DNA of 64,000 nt from Candidatus Latescibacterota bacterium (GCA_963707635.1 OY970173.1:384001-448000), one strand, 5' to 3'. Shown: positions 32,116 to 41,945, counted from the first letter of the stretch. Made by a program: numbers and translations. The notes: generated by a model not told the origin, from the sequence alone.

Positions 32116-32244
32116 CGACCGTGCCTGGGGGGCGCGACCGCGGTGTCCCCGTCACCGTGGAGGCCGGCCATGAGGCTGGAGTATACGGGATCGTTCACGT
32201 CCTGCCAAGCGCGTCGCGTGCGCCACCCGACGTGCGTTGACGCA

Positions 32245-32272
32245 TTGACGAACCGACGAACCGGTCTATACT
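32245..32272 (+). promoter_or_regulatory. Sigma70-type promoter
   Basis: TTGACG-16 bp-TATACT upstream of SD AAGGAGG and ATG 32307. Confidence 0.65.
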
Positions 32273-32306
32273 CGAATCGAAGCGTACGATTCCAAGGAGG
32301 CCCCTC

Positions 32307-32804
32307 ATGGCGGATCAAGTTCGCAAAGTAGATTATTGCCACGCGAAGGTGGCGCGCCGCGCCGGCGAAGGCGCGCGCATGCTCGCGGCGCTGCGCGCCG
32401 GCAAAGTGAACCTTACCGCGTTTTCCGGCTTTCCCGGCGGGAAGGGGAACGCCCAGCTCGACTTCGTCACCGATCAGATGCCGGCGCTGCGGAAGCTGGG
32501 TGCTAAGAACGGCTGGAAGTTGAGCCCGGTCAAGAAAGCGTTCCTCATCACCGGCAGCGACATGGTCGGCGCCGTTCATCGCCACGTGCAGAAGCTGGCG
32601 GACGCCCGCATCAGCATCACGGCCGCCGACGCCGTCTGCGCCGGACGTGGCCGGTATGGAATGATTCTGTGGGTGAAGCCTGGCGACTACACGCGCGCCG
32701 CGCGGGCGCTGCGGGCCAAGGGATCATCGTCTTCCACCGCGAACCGTGGATCGATACGGGGTGGGACGATCAAGGTTCCCGAGGAAGACACCGGCGGCGA
32801 TTAG
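32307..32804 (+). CDS. Tandem ACT-like domain protein with C-terminal extension
   Basis: Two beta-alpha-beta-beta-alpha-like repeats (GEGARMLAAL..GKVNL; VGAVHRHVQKLADARISI); strong SD. Confidence 0.7.
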   Translation: MADQVRKVDYCHAKVARRAGEGARMLAALRAGKVNLTAFSGFPGGKGNAQLDFVTDQMPALRKLGAKNGWKLSPVKKAFLITGSDMVGAVHRHVQKLADARISITAADAVCAGRGRYGMILWVKPGDYTRAARALRAKGSSSSTANRGSIRGGTIKVPEEDTGGD

Positions 32805-32811
32805 TCGCCGA

Positions 32812-34347
32812 TCAAGGTTGAGCCGGGACGTCGCCGCGCCGTTGCAGGGCGCGGCGCGCGAGCCAGACCTGTCGCTTCGCCCGATAGGCGTAGTGTTTCC
32901 AGACCGGCACCCGGTTGAACGGGTCGCGCAGCAGTTCCGGCCAACGACTCGCGATCACATCCCGCGGGAACTGTCCTGACCGCTTGTACTCGTCCGGGAG
33001 CCGCAGCATGGCGGTGAAGGACGCCCGGTGTACGAAGGGATACACCCGCGCCGGAACCGCGTCGGCGCAGGCAACCACCCCGGCCCACGATCCCAACCGC
33101 TGCTCCACGTACACCAGGTCCACGACGTGCATGAAACGGGTTGCGGGAAGCGTGTCCAGCCATTTTCGTGCACGCGCGAGGATGTCCGGAAGGGGAGGAA
33201 GCGCGAGTGCGCGCGCGACCGTGTGCTCCGTGAGCGGGAGCCTGTCCCCACCGAGGTCCCGCCAGTAGGATGCGCGCGCGGCCTCGCCACCCGCGCCGGT
33301 CAGCTCCACGCGCGCCGGATCGAGACCGCGCACCGCGCGTATCGCCTGCCATCCGCGTGCACCTCCCACGCACAGGCCGCTGCGCCACAGCCAGGCGTCG
33401 ACCTCCGCCGCGTCCGGTGACCCGCATACGACCACTTCGTGCCGAAGTCCGTGCCGGCGCGCGATCCGGGTAGCCATCTCGACATCGACCCTCGCGCCCC
33501 GGTCGGGCAGCGCGAGCGTATATAAATGAACGCCATCGACGCGGTCACGCGCGCACGCGAGCAGCGTGCGTGAATCGTTTCCGGCCGTGAGCGGAAGGTA
33601 GGCGGGCCGGCGCGCGATGACCGCGGTAATGTGCCGCTCGATGACGCGTGCAACCTCCTGGACAACAGCGGCCGGGTCCGCGCGATCGTCGAGCGGTGCC
33701 GGCGGCCAGTGTCGCTTCACCGACCAGTCGCGCAGGTCGAGAACGTGGTTCGGCAGCAGCCGTTCCACCCCCCGTCGCGAAGTGAGTCCGAAGGCGAGCG
33801 CGAACGAGAGCCCGCCTCTGGCCGCGGGAAGACCGGTCGCGCGAATGAGATCGATCGCATCCTCGCACCCGCGCGAGCCGGGGATGAGGGACGGCGTCGA
33901 CGCCACCAGCTCGTGCGAAGGCGCAAACACCGCCGACAACGACCCCGCGCAATCCAGGTACACGCGCTCGGCTCGCGGCGTGAGGAGAAGCGCAAGAAAC
34001 TTCCCCCCGAACGCGTAGAGTTGCGCTTCGAACTCTTCCGGCGATGGATCCGCGCCCGGCGCGAGCACCACGTCCGAGTCGACCCATCGTCCCGCCGCAT
34101 CGATCGGAAAACCCAGCACCCATCCGATGCCGGAGCCATCCGCCACGCGCATGGCATGGACGGGAAGCGCGGGATGCGAGGCCAGGACCCACCCGTGCGC
34201 CTCGCGCACGACCCACCCCGCCGGCGCCGTTTCCTGCGATCGTCCGAGCACGAACTGCCCGACCAGCGACGTGTGGTCGAAGCGCGTCGCCAGCTCCGAG
34301 AGCGTGGCCACGTTTCCCGCCGCCGGGGTGGAAGTTTGCGCCGTCAC
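32812..34347 (-). CDS. Asparagine-synthetase-like ATP pyrophosphatase domain protein
   Basis: LPLTAGNDSRTL PP-loop variant, ELTGAGGE, degenerate Ntn-like N-terminus; GTG start 6 nt after a -10 element. Confidence 0.65.
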   Translation of the reverse strand: MTAQTSTPAAGNVATLSELATRFDHTSLVGQFVLGRSQETAPAGWVVREAHGWVLASHPALPVHAMRVADGSGIGWVLGFPIDAAGRWVDSDVVLAPGADPSPEEFEAQLYAFGGKFLALLLTPRAERVYLDCAGSLSAVFAPSHELVASTPSLIPGSRGCEDAIDLIRATGLPAARGGLSFALAFGLTSRRGVERLLPNHVLDLRDWSVKRHWPPAPLDDRADPAAVVQEVARVIERHITAVIARRPAYLPLTAGNDSRTLLACARDRVDGVHLYTLALPDRGARVDVEMATRIARRHGLRHEVVVCGSPDAAEVDAWLWRSGLCVGGARGWQAIRAVRGLDPARVELTGAGGEAARASYWRDLGGDRLPLTEHTVARALALPPLPDILARARKWLDTLPATRFMHVVDLVYVEQRLGSWAGVVACADAVPARVYPFVHRASFTAMLRLPDEYKRSGQFPRDVIASRWPELLRDPFNRVPVWKHYAYRAKRQVWLARRALQRRGDVPAQP

Positions 34348-34353
34348 ACCGCG

Positions 34354-34382
34354 GTTGTACGCAAACGATTCGCGGGTGTCAA
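34354..34382 (-). promoter_or_regulatory. Sigma70-type promoter, likely leaderless transcript
   Basis: TTGACA-17 bp-TACAAC, then 6 nt to GTG 34347. Confidence 0.6.
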
Positions 34383-34466
34383 TCGCTGGTTCGCGCACAA
34401 GTGTGTCGTGATACAATTCCGCGATTCGCCGACTCGCCACGCGCGGGTCTGCTGGAGGAGGACACG

Positions 34467-35369
34467 ATGTCGCGGGAGCATGACGACGATCACTCGGCCC
34501 ATCGGCCCGAGCCAAATCACGAAGAGCGGGAGGTGCTGGTCGCGGCCCTCCGGAAGAGTCCGGCGTACCGCATTGCGTACGAGGATCTCGATTTCCTGAA
34601 AGAGGAGTTTCTGCGCCCGACGCGGCTCCAGCTCGAGCTCCTGAAGCCCGAGATGCTCCTGCGCCGACTCAACATTCGCTCGACGATCGTCGTCTTCGGA
34701 AGCGCCCGCATTCTTCCGCCCGAGCAGGCGCGCGCGCGCCTCGACGAGGCGCAAGCCGCGCTGACGGCGCGGCCCAGGGACCCGCAGCTGGCCGCCACGG
34801 TCGCGTTCGCGAAAAAGCAGGTGTCCGTCTCACGATATTACGACGAGGCCAGGACATTCTCGCGGATGATGTCGACGCTCGTGAAGCGCGCCGACCGGCA
34901 CGACTTCGTCGTCGTCACCGGTGGAGGACCCGGCATCATGGAGGCGGCCAATCGCGGGGCGCACGACGTGGCCGCGCTGAGCGCCGCGCTGAACATCACC
35001 CTGCCCCAGGAGCAGGAACCGAATCCATACATCAGCCCCGAGTTGTGCTTCCAGTTCCACTACTTCGCGATCCGCAAGATGCATTTTCTCCTGCGCGCGG
35101 TGGCACTGGTGGCTTTTCCCGGCGGCTACGGCACGCTCGACGAGCTGTTCGAGGCGCTGACGCTGGTGCAAACCGGGAAGGTCCGGCCGATGCCGATCGT
35201 GCTGGTCGGGCGCGAGTTCTGGCAGACGTTCATGAACATGGACGTCATGGTCGACCACGGGGTGATCTCGCGCGAGGACACGAAACTGTTCACGATCGTC
35301 GAAACCGCGGAGGAAGCGGTCCAGGTGATCTATGACTTCTACGGCCGCGAGGTGCCGGAGGTGGAGTAG
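34467..35369 (+). CDS. LOG family (TIGR00730-type) nucleotide phosphoribohydrolase
   Basis: VFGSAR, TGGGPGIMEAANRGA, FPGGYGTLDELFE; SD GGAGGAGG. Confidence 0.92.
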   Translation: MSREHDDDHSAHRPEPNHEEREVLVAALRKSPAYRIAYEDLDFLKEEFLRPTRLQLELLKPEMLLRRLNIRSTIVVFGSARILPPEQARARLDEAQAALTARPRDPQLAATVAFAKKQVSVSRYYDEARTFSRMMSTLVKRADRHDFVVVTGGGPGIMEAANRGAHDVAALSAALNITLPQEQEPNPYISPELCFQFHYFAIRKMHFLLRAVALVAFPGGYGTLDELFEALTLVQTGKVRPMPIVLVGREFWQTFMNMDVMVDHGVISREDTKLFTIVETAEEAVQVIYDFYGREVPEVE

Positions 35370-35524
35370 CGGCCCTCACTTTCGTGCCGAGTTTGACGCC
35401 TCCTCGCGCGGGAGCTTCCCCGCATCGCGATCACCCTATATAATGAGGCGGTACGGACAACAGGCCACTATGAGAAACTAGAGGGAGGAATCCATATGCT
35501 GCCCGCTAGAGAAAGATCCTCATC

Positions 35525-35908
35525 ATGATCGGCTTTCTGGTTCGCTGCCTCATCACGGCCCTGGGGCTGTGGGTCGCGTCCGCGATCCTGCCGGGCGTGC
35601 ATTCGACCGGCGTGCTCTCGCTCATCGGCGCGGGGCTCATGCTCGGCGTCGTGAACGCGGTGGTTCGGCCCATCATCATCATTCTAACGCTCCCGATCAC
35701 GATCTTCACGCTGGGATTGTTCCTGCTGGTCGTGAACGCGCTGATGGTGCTGCTGGTATCGAAGATGATGCACGGCTTCGGAGTAGACGGCTTCGGTTCG
35801 GCGATGCTGACCGCGATCATCGTGACGGTCGTCGGCTGGGGCGGGAATGCGTTCGTGGGACCGCGCGGGCGTTTCGAGATGTTCACCGGCGGCCGGCGTC
35901 AGGGTTAG
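35525..35908 (+). CDS. YvlD / phage-holin-4-like membrane protein
   Basis: LGVVNAVVRPII..LTLPITIFTLGLFLLVVNA. Confidence 0.9.
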   Translation: MIGFLVRCLITALGLWVASAILPGVHSTGVLSLIGAGLMLGVVNAVVRPIIIILTLPITIFTLGLFLLVVNALMVLLVSKMMHGFGVDGFGSAMLTAIIVTVVGWGGNAFVGPRGRFEMFTGGRRQG

Positions 35909-36675
35909 TGGCAACCCACGAACAGCGTCCGACCCATCGTTTCTCGAGCCGCGCCGACGCCTACGTTCGTTATCGCCCGGGGTATCCGCCCGCGCTGCTC
36001 GACTGGCTCCGCGAGAGAATCGGCCTGGCGTCTTCCTGGGACGTCGCCGATGTCGGCAGCGGGACCGGCTTCTTCGCGTCGGTGCTGCTCGCGAACGGAA
36101 ATCGGGTCTACGGCGTCGAGCCCAATGACGCCATGCGCGCCGTCGCCGAGGAGGCGCTGGCGGGGAATCCTCGCTTCGTGAGCGTGCGCGGCACCGCCGA
36201 GGTCACCGGCCTTCCCGATGGCTGCGTCGACCTGGTCAGCGCCGCGCAGGCCTTCCACTGGTTCGAACTGGCCCCGACCCGGCGCGAGTGGAAGCGAATC
36301 CTCCGCACGGGTGGGCACGTGCTCATCGTCTTCAACTCGCGCCGCATCGACGCGTCGCCATTCATGCGCGCGTACGACGACTTCCTGAAGACAAACGCGA
36401 TCGACTACCGGGACGTCGATCATCGCCGCGTGCTGGGGGAGCGCCTGCGCGGGTTCCTGGACGACCCCATGGAATGGCGGCACCCGTTCACCGTGCGCCA
36501 CGATCTCGCGGCGGTGAAGGGGCTCTCCGCCTCGTCGTCGTACGTGCCTGCGCCGGACCACCCGGCGCACACGGCATTCATGGAAGGACTCGAGCGGCTC
36601 TTCGACGCGCACGCGATCGACGGCCGCGTCGATTTTCTCTACGAAACCGAGGCGTACGTCGGGTGTTTGTGTTGA
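35908..36675 (+). CDS. Class I SAM-dependent methyltransferase
   Basis: RFSSRADAYVRYRPGYP, ADVGSGTG, GVEPN, AAQAFHWF. Confidence 0.9.
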   Translation: MATHEQRPTHRFSSRADAYVRYRPGYPPALLDWLRERIGLASSWDVADVGSGTGFFASVLLANGNRVYGVEPNDAMRAVAEEALAGNPRFVSVRGTAEVTGLPDGCVDLVSAAQAFHWFELAPTRREWKRILRTGGHVLIVFNSRRIDASPFMRAYDDFLKTNAIDYRDVDHRRVLGERLRGFLDDPMEWRHPFTVRHDLAAVKGLSASSSYVPAPDHPAHTAFMEGLERLFDAHAIDGRVDFLYETEAYVGCLC

Positions 36676-36705
36676 GGTCTCGCGCGTGAGCCTCAGCCGC
36701 CACGT

Positions 36706-37806
36706 TCACCGGAGCGGCTGCGCGAAGATCGCGTCCCACGCCGCCAGCGCTGCCTTCGGGTTCAAGTCCACGTCGACCAGCCCCAGGCGGGCGAAGAGCC
36801 ACACATTAGACGACGGCGGCACGTCGAGATCCGTGAAGGTGAGTTGAAACACCGCGATGGCATTCGTCTCGTCGAGCAGCGCGCGTTGCCGCGAAATGTA
36901 GCGCGCCTGCTCGTCTTCCGATGATGTAATCGCCCCGAGCGTCTCGGACGACCAACCGCCTTCGGTCACCATTACGGGAAGCGAGTGCCCTTCGGTCAGG
37001 CGCGAATAGTAGTCCGGTGGAACGTCTTCGGGCGCGTCGAAACCGGCCAGGTACGGGTACGACGACAGTCCCAGCTCGTCGATGAAGGGAAAATCGACGA
37101 AGTCCGTCGCGATCCCTTCGTACACGCCGCCCCCACCCAGACGCCCCCATGCCCAGTCGACCTGGACGCTGACGCTCAACGCCACGGCGTCGTCGATCGC
37201 GCGCACGTCGGTCGCCGCGTCGTTGGCCACCTGACGAATCGCGGAGTACAGAGGCGCCGGGGCGACGCCGCGAATGAGGTTGGTTTCGAGCGTGAGCCCC
37301 AGGTGTTCGGGGCGCACGATGCTGTCGATCACGACGGCGTAGCGACGAAACATCTGCTGGATTGCCGACTCCGTGATGCTGCGCCCGTGGGCCACCAGCG
37401 CGTCGGACTCTCCGCCGCGGTTGAGCCCGTTTGCCGGGTCGAGATAGATCCAGAGCACGTGTCCCTTCGAGCGGTAGTAGTTGGCGAGCGGGAGCTGGTC
37501 GCGAAGGACCAGCGCCTCGGCCGAAACACCGGCGAGCAGCGAATCCCAGGGCAGCTCGAAGCTCATCATGGCGGCGTCGGCGCGCTGCGACCACATGTCG
37601 ATGGCAGCAATGGCCTGCACGATATCGGCGCGCGGAGGAATGCCCGAGAACCCCATGCGAAACGACCGCCCGGGGGCGTCGCCGGGCGGAGGCGACGCCG
37701 GGTCATCCCCGCACGCCACGCTCATGGCGAGCGCGAGACAGAAAAACAGGCCGGCAGGCCAGATCGGGCGCCGTTGCATCGTCGTGAATAGGGGTCGCAC
37801 GGTCAT
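36706..37806 (-). CDS. Lipoprotein with putative clan GH-A glycoside hydrolase TIM barrel
   Basis: Lipobox SVAC; candidate acid/base LETN, GLSSYPY, candidate nucleophile VTEGGW; alternative start 37779. Confidence 0.6.
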   Translation of the reverse strand: MTVRPLFTTMQRRPIWPAGLFFCLALAMSVACGDDPASPPPGDAPGRSFRMGFSGIPPRADIVQAIAAIDMWSQRADAAMMSFELPWDSLLAGVSAEALVLRDQLPLANYYRSKGHVLWIYLDPANGLNRGGESDALVAHGRSITESAIQQMFRRYAVVIDSIVRPEHLGLTLETNLIRGVAPAPLYSAIRQVANDAATDVRAIDDAVALSVSVQVDWAWGRLGGGGVYEGIATDFVDFPFIDELGLSSYPYLAGFDAPEDVPPDYYSRLTEGHSLPVMVTEGGWSSETLGAITSSEDEQARYISRQRALLDETNAIAVFQLTFTDLDVPPSSNVWLFARLGLVDVDLNPKAALAAWDAIFAQPLR

Positions 37807-37898
37807 GCGGAACGCTCGGTGCAAAGGATGGGCCACCCCGGCTTCCGTGTTCAACGCTTGTTCCGCGGATACTCCCGTTGTATGCTGTCTGTGGCAAC

Positions 37899-39242
37899 AT
37901 GTCCTTTCGAACACTGAACCTTTCGGATCCGATCCAGCGCGCGCTCGACGACGCCGGCTACGAGACTCCCACGGAAATACAGGCGCGGGCCATACCACCC
38001 GCGCTCGAAGGCCGCGATATACTGGGCCGTGCCAAGACCGGCACCGGCAAGACCGCCGCGTTCGCGATTCCGATCCTGATCCGGATGCAGGCCAATACGC
38101 TCTCCTCCTCTGAAATGGAGCAGATCCGCGTGCAGGCCGCTGACGAGGCGGCCGACGAGGCGAGCCACCCCGAGCCACGCCGGGAGCGGCGGCCGCGAAA
38201 CGCCCCCCACCACCCGCAACGCAAGGGGCAGGAGAAGCCGCATCGGGTGGTGCGCGCGCTGGTGCTGACGCCTACCCGAGAGCTGTGTGTGCAGAACGAG
38301 GAATCGTTCAAGGCCTACGGCAAGTACCTCGACATCCGCGCGCTCGCCGTCTACGGCGGCGTGCCCATCGAACGACAACTGAAGAAGCTCCGCTCCGGGG
38401 TCGACGTCGTCATCGCCACGCCGGGGCGTCTGCTGGACCACATCGGCCGCCACACCATCGACCTCCGCCATGTCGACTTCTTCGTGCTCGACGAAGTGGA
38501 CCGCATGTTCGACATGGGCTTCATCCAGGACGTGCGCAAGATCATCGCGAAGATTCCGGAAGAGCGCCAGACCCTGCTGTTCTCCGCGACGGTGTCGTCG
38601 GAAGTTCGCCGCCTGGCCGAGCGCGTGCAGAAAGACGCCGTGCTGATCGAGGTGGGCGAACAGCAGAAGCCGACCGACACCGTGACCCAGTACGTGTTCC
38701 CGGTGCCGCGCGATCGCAAGCTCGACCTGCTGCGCACGATCCTGGAAAACGAGCAGTGGGACATGGTGCTGGTGTTTTGTGGCACCAAGGACAACGCGGA
38801 ATTCGTGAAGCGTCGGCTCGCGCACGCCGGTATCGAGGCGGCGGAGCTGCATTCGAACCGTTCGCAAAAGGAGCGCAAGGAAGCGCTCGACGGCTTCAAG
38901 AACGGCGAACACCGCGTGCTGATCGCGACCGACATCGCCGCCCGCGGGCTGGATATCGATGGTATATCCCATGTAGTGAACTTTGACGTGCCGCGCAACG
39001 CAGAGGACTACATCCACCGCATCGGGCGCACCGGCCGCGCGGAGGCCCTCGGCGACGCGGTCACGTTCGTCGCCTTCGACGAGGAGGAGTACCTCGACCG
39101 CATCGAGCAGCACATCGGCACCAAGCTCGAGCGCCGGCGCTACAAGGACTTCGACCACGGCCTGGGCCGCTACGTTCCGTCGAAAAGCGACGTGGGCCGC
39201 ATCCGGACGGGTCGCCGCGGGGCGAAACGCCGCTACGTGTAG
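37899..39242 (+). CDS. DEAD-box RNA helicase (RhlE-like)
   Basis: Q motif PTEIQ, AKTGTGKT, PTREL, TPGR, DEVD, SAT, ARGLD, HRIGRTGR. Confidence 0.95.
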   Translation: MSFRTLNLSDPIQRALDDAGYETPTEIQARAIPPALEGRDILGRAKTGTGKTAAFAIPILIRMQANTLSSSEMEQIRVQAADEAADEASHPEPRRERRPRNAPHHPQRKGQEKPHRVVRALVLTPTRELCVQNEESFKAYGKYLDIRALAVYGGVPIERQLKKLRSGVDVVIATPGRLLDHIGRHTIDLRHVDFFVLDEVDRMFDMGFIQDVRKIIAKIPEERQTLLFSATVSSEVRRLAERVQKDAVLIEVGEQQKPTDTVTQYVFPVPRDRKLDLLRTILENEQWDMVLVFCGTKDNAEFVKRRLAHAGIEAAELHSNRSQKERKEALDGFKNGEHRVLIATDIAARGLDIDGISHVVNFDVPRNAEDYIHRIGRTGRAEALGDAVTFVAFDEEEYLDRIEQHIGTKLERRRYKDFDHGLGRYVPSKSDVGRIRTGRRGAKRRYV

Positions 39243-39627
39243 GGCGAGCGGCGCGATTCGCGCGCGGTCACGGCCGGCAAGACGTGCCGCGCCGATCTTG
39301 CAATCGGCGCCGATCGATTCCCAACCCCGCAGCGGGGAATCGAGCACCCGCAACGCGGCATTCCGCACCGCACGCCTCCGCCAGACTACCTTCCCCGACA
39401 CCGTCGATTTGGGCCGGTCCGTTTCTTGCCGTCAGGGGTCCGAAGTTCTCAACCGAATAGCGCGGCGGTCGTGCACCCCGGCGAATGCCAAGAAGCATCG
39501 TAGGGAGTTTGGTGCGCTTTTTGTCAGGTGCGCGAACTTGCGGGGTGCGCGCCGCGCGAGAACCATGGTCGACCCGGCGCCGCCCGCGAGCGGATGGCGC
39601 GTTGGTCGGAAAGGAGCCCCCGTCTCC

Positions 39628-39972
39628 ATGAGCATTGGATTCAAGATGAATGGCCGTATCGGCCGCAAGGAATACCTGATTTCATCACTGATGGTCACCC
39701 TGCTGGCGGTCGCCGCCTCGATCGCCGCGCTGAGCTTCGCCCTCGGCAATTCCCAGAGCGATACCCCGAACGTGATCGCGATCGCGGCCACGCTGGTGAG
39801 CTACGTCATGCAGAGCGCGCTGATGGTGCGCCGATTCCACGACCTGGGGAAGCCGGGCTGGCACTACTGGCTGACACTGGTCCCATTCTACAATCTCTAT
39901 GTCGGAGTCATTCTGCTGTTCACGCAGGGCGCGAAGGGCTCCAATCAGTACGGTCCCGAGCCGGCGGCGTAG
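39628..39972 (+). CDS. DUF805 family membrane protein
   Basis: GRIGRKEY, VRRFHDLGKPGW, NQYGPEP. Confidence 0.9.
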   Translation: MSIGFKMNGRIGRKEYLISSLMVTLLAVAASIAALSFALGNSQSDTPNVIAIAATLVSYVMQSALMVRRFHDLGKPGWHYWLTLVPFYNLYVGVILLFTQGAKGSNQYGPEPAA

Positions 39973-40011
39973 CCACACATCAACAATACGAGCGGACCGG
40001 CTCGGCACGCG

Positions 40012-40047
40012 AAGCCGCCTGGGAGAGTTCCCGGGCGGCTTTCGCTT
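40012..40047 (+). terminator. Putative intrinsic terminator
   Basis: Stem AAGCCGCCTGGGA/TCCCGGGCGGCTT followed by weak T-rich tail, 40 nt after stop 39972. Confidence 0.5.
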
Positions 40048-40098
40048 GCCGGGAGTCATCGCCGGTTGTGCTAGAGTGGGGCCGCGCTGGAGCGCCCC

Positions 40099-40719
40099 AT
40101 GAACGTCGAAACCTGGCTCCTTTTCTGCGCCACCGAGACGGTCTTGTGTTTCACGCCCGGGCCCGCCGTGTTGTGCGTCATATCGACGGCGCTCGCGCGC
40201 GGCGCCGGAGGCGGCGTGGTGGCCAGCCTCGGCATTCTTGCCGCCAACGCGATGTATTTCGCGCTGTCGGCGACCGGCCTCGGCGCGCTGCTGCTCGCGT
40301 CGCGGACACTCTTCGTCGCCATCAAGTGGGTGGGAGCGGGCTACCTCGTCTACCTGGGGTTGCGGATGCTGCTCCGGCGCGCACCGTCGCCACAGGAAGC
40401 ACCCGCGGCACCGGCGCGCCGCGCGAGTCCGTTCGTGAACGCGTTCGTCACCCAGACCGCCAACCCAAAGGCGCTCATCTTTTTCACCGCGCTCCTCCCG
40501 CAATTCATCGACCCCGACCAATCGGCCGCGCGGCAGATTGCCATCCTGGGCGTCAGCTCGGTGGTGATCGAGTTCCTGGTGTTGTGTATCTACGTGGGCG
40601 CCTGCCACGGCGCCCGTCGCTGGGCGCGCGGTCGCCGCTTCGGCGATGCGTTGCACCGCGCGGGCGGCGTCCTGCTGATTGCGGCCGGGGCGAAACTCGC
40701 CGCCATCCGGAGCCAGTGA
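40099..40719 (+). CDS. LysE/RhtB family translocator
   Basis: TPGP, IKWVGAGYLVYLG, NPKALIFF....PQF. Confidence 0.92.
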   Translation: MNVETWLLFCATETVLCFTPGPAVLCVISTALARGAGGGVVASLGILAANAMYFALSATGLGALLLASRTLFVAIKWVGAGYLVYLGLRMLLRRAPSPQEAPAAPARRASPFVNAFVTQTANPKALIFFTALLPQFIDPDQSAARQIAILGVSSVVIEFLVLCIYVGACHGARRWARGRRFGDALHRAGGVLLIAAGAKLAAIRSQ

Positions 40720-41945
40720 TGTCGCGCGTGCACGACGTGGTGGTGGTCGGCGCGGGTCCGGCGGGAAGCGCCACCGCGCTCTACGCGGCGCGCGCCGGGC
40801 TCGACGTGGCCCTCGTCGACAAGCGGGTGTTCCCGCGCGACAAGATCTGCGGCGACGCCATCGCGCGCAAGAGTCTCGCGCATCTGCGGGAGCTGGGGCT
40901 GTTGGACCGCCTGAAGCTCACCGCCCACGAGTCCATCGGCCGCGCGGTGCTCTCCTCGCCGGATGGGCACGAGATCGCCGTCGACCTGTCGTCGGGCGGC
41001 GACCCGGCGCCCCACGCCGTGTGCCGCCGGGAGCTGTTCGACCACGTGCTTTTCGATGCGGCGCGCGGAGAAACCACCGCGCTCGAAGACGCCACCGTCA
41101 CCGATATCCTGCGTACCAACGGCCGCGTGACCGGTGTGGCCTGTCGAGTCGGCGGCCGCGAGAGAGACATTCACGCCCGCGTCGTCGTCGGGGCGGACGG
41201 CTTCGACTCCGTGGTGGCGCGGCGCCTCGGCTTCTATCGCCACGACTCGTCGCGCTGGTTCGTGGCGACCCGCGGTTACTACCGCGGCCTCGACGTCGCC
41301 CCCCGCACCGTCGAGGTGCATTTCGTCCGCGAGACGCTGCCGGGCTTCCTGTGGGTTTTTCCCACCGGCGACGGTGTCGCGAACGTCGGTCTCGGGCTCG
41401 TGCATCGGGACTTGAAACGCCGGCGCGTGCGCCTGCGCGACGTCCACGAAGCCGTGCTCCAGTCGCCCCGGTTTCGCGGCCGTTTTGCGCGCGCGGAGCG
41501 CGTCGGCAACGTTCATGGTTGGAATCTTCCGACGCCCGACCTGCGCCGCACGATCGCCGGCAACGGGTTTCTGCTGGTCGGCGACGCGGCCGGGCTCGTG
41601 GATCCATTCTCCGGCGAAGGCATCGGCAACGCGCTCGCCTCCGCGCGCGTCGCAGCCGATGCGATCGCGCAGGCGATTCGCGAAGACGAACCGGAGCGCG
41701 CCTTCGCGCAGTACCCGTCGCGCCTGTGGTCCGCGGTCGACGCGCGGGAGATCGCGCTTCACTATCGGCTGCGCTCGGTCGCGCGACGCGGACGCGTGAT
41801 CGACTTTGTGGTCGGCCGCGCGGGCGCCCACGCCGACGTACTGCAGTGGGTGCGCACCATGACCTCGGAGCACGGCGCCCTGGCCCACAAGCAGGACCTG
41901 CTCTCGCCGCTCACCTACGCACGATTGCTGCTTCGCCGCCGCTAG
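40719..41945 (+). CDS. Geranylgeranyl-reductase-family FAD oxidoreductase
   Basis: VVGAGPAG, FPRDKICGD, GADG, WVFP, LVGDAAG.VDPFSGEGI. Confidence 0.9.
   Translation: MSRVHDVVVVGAGPAGSATALYAARAGLDVALVDKRVFPRDKICGDAIARKSLAHLRELGLLDRLKLTAHESIGRAVLSSPDGHEIAVDLSSGGDPAPHAVCRRELFDHVLFDAARGETTALEDATVTDILRTNGRVTGVACRVGGRERDIHARVVVGADGFDSVVARRLGFYRHDSSRWFVATRGYYRGLDVAPRTVEVHFVRETLPGFLWVFPTGDGVANVGLGLVHRDLKRRRVRLRDVHEAVLQSPRFRGRFARAERVGNVHGWNLPTPDLRRTIAGNGFLLVGDAAGLVDPFSGEGIGNALASARVAADAIAQAIREDEPERAFAQYPSRLWSAVDAREIALHYRLRSVARRGRVIDFVVGRAGAHADVLQWVRTMTSEHGALAHKQDLLSPLTYARLLLRRR

Noticed and set aside
39243..39627. Possible ncRNA in the 385-bp gap after the helicase
   Set aside because: Several GC hairpins but no recognisable family or second copy; only a weak sigma54-like match (TGGTGC-N5-TTGT).
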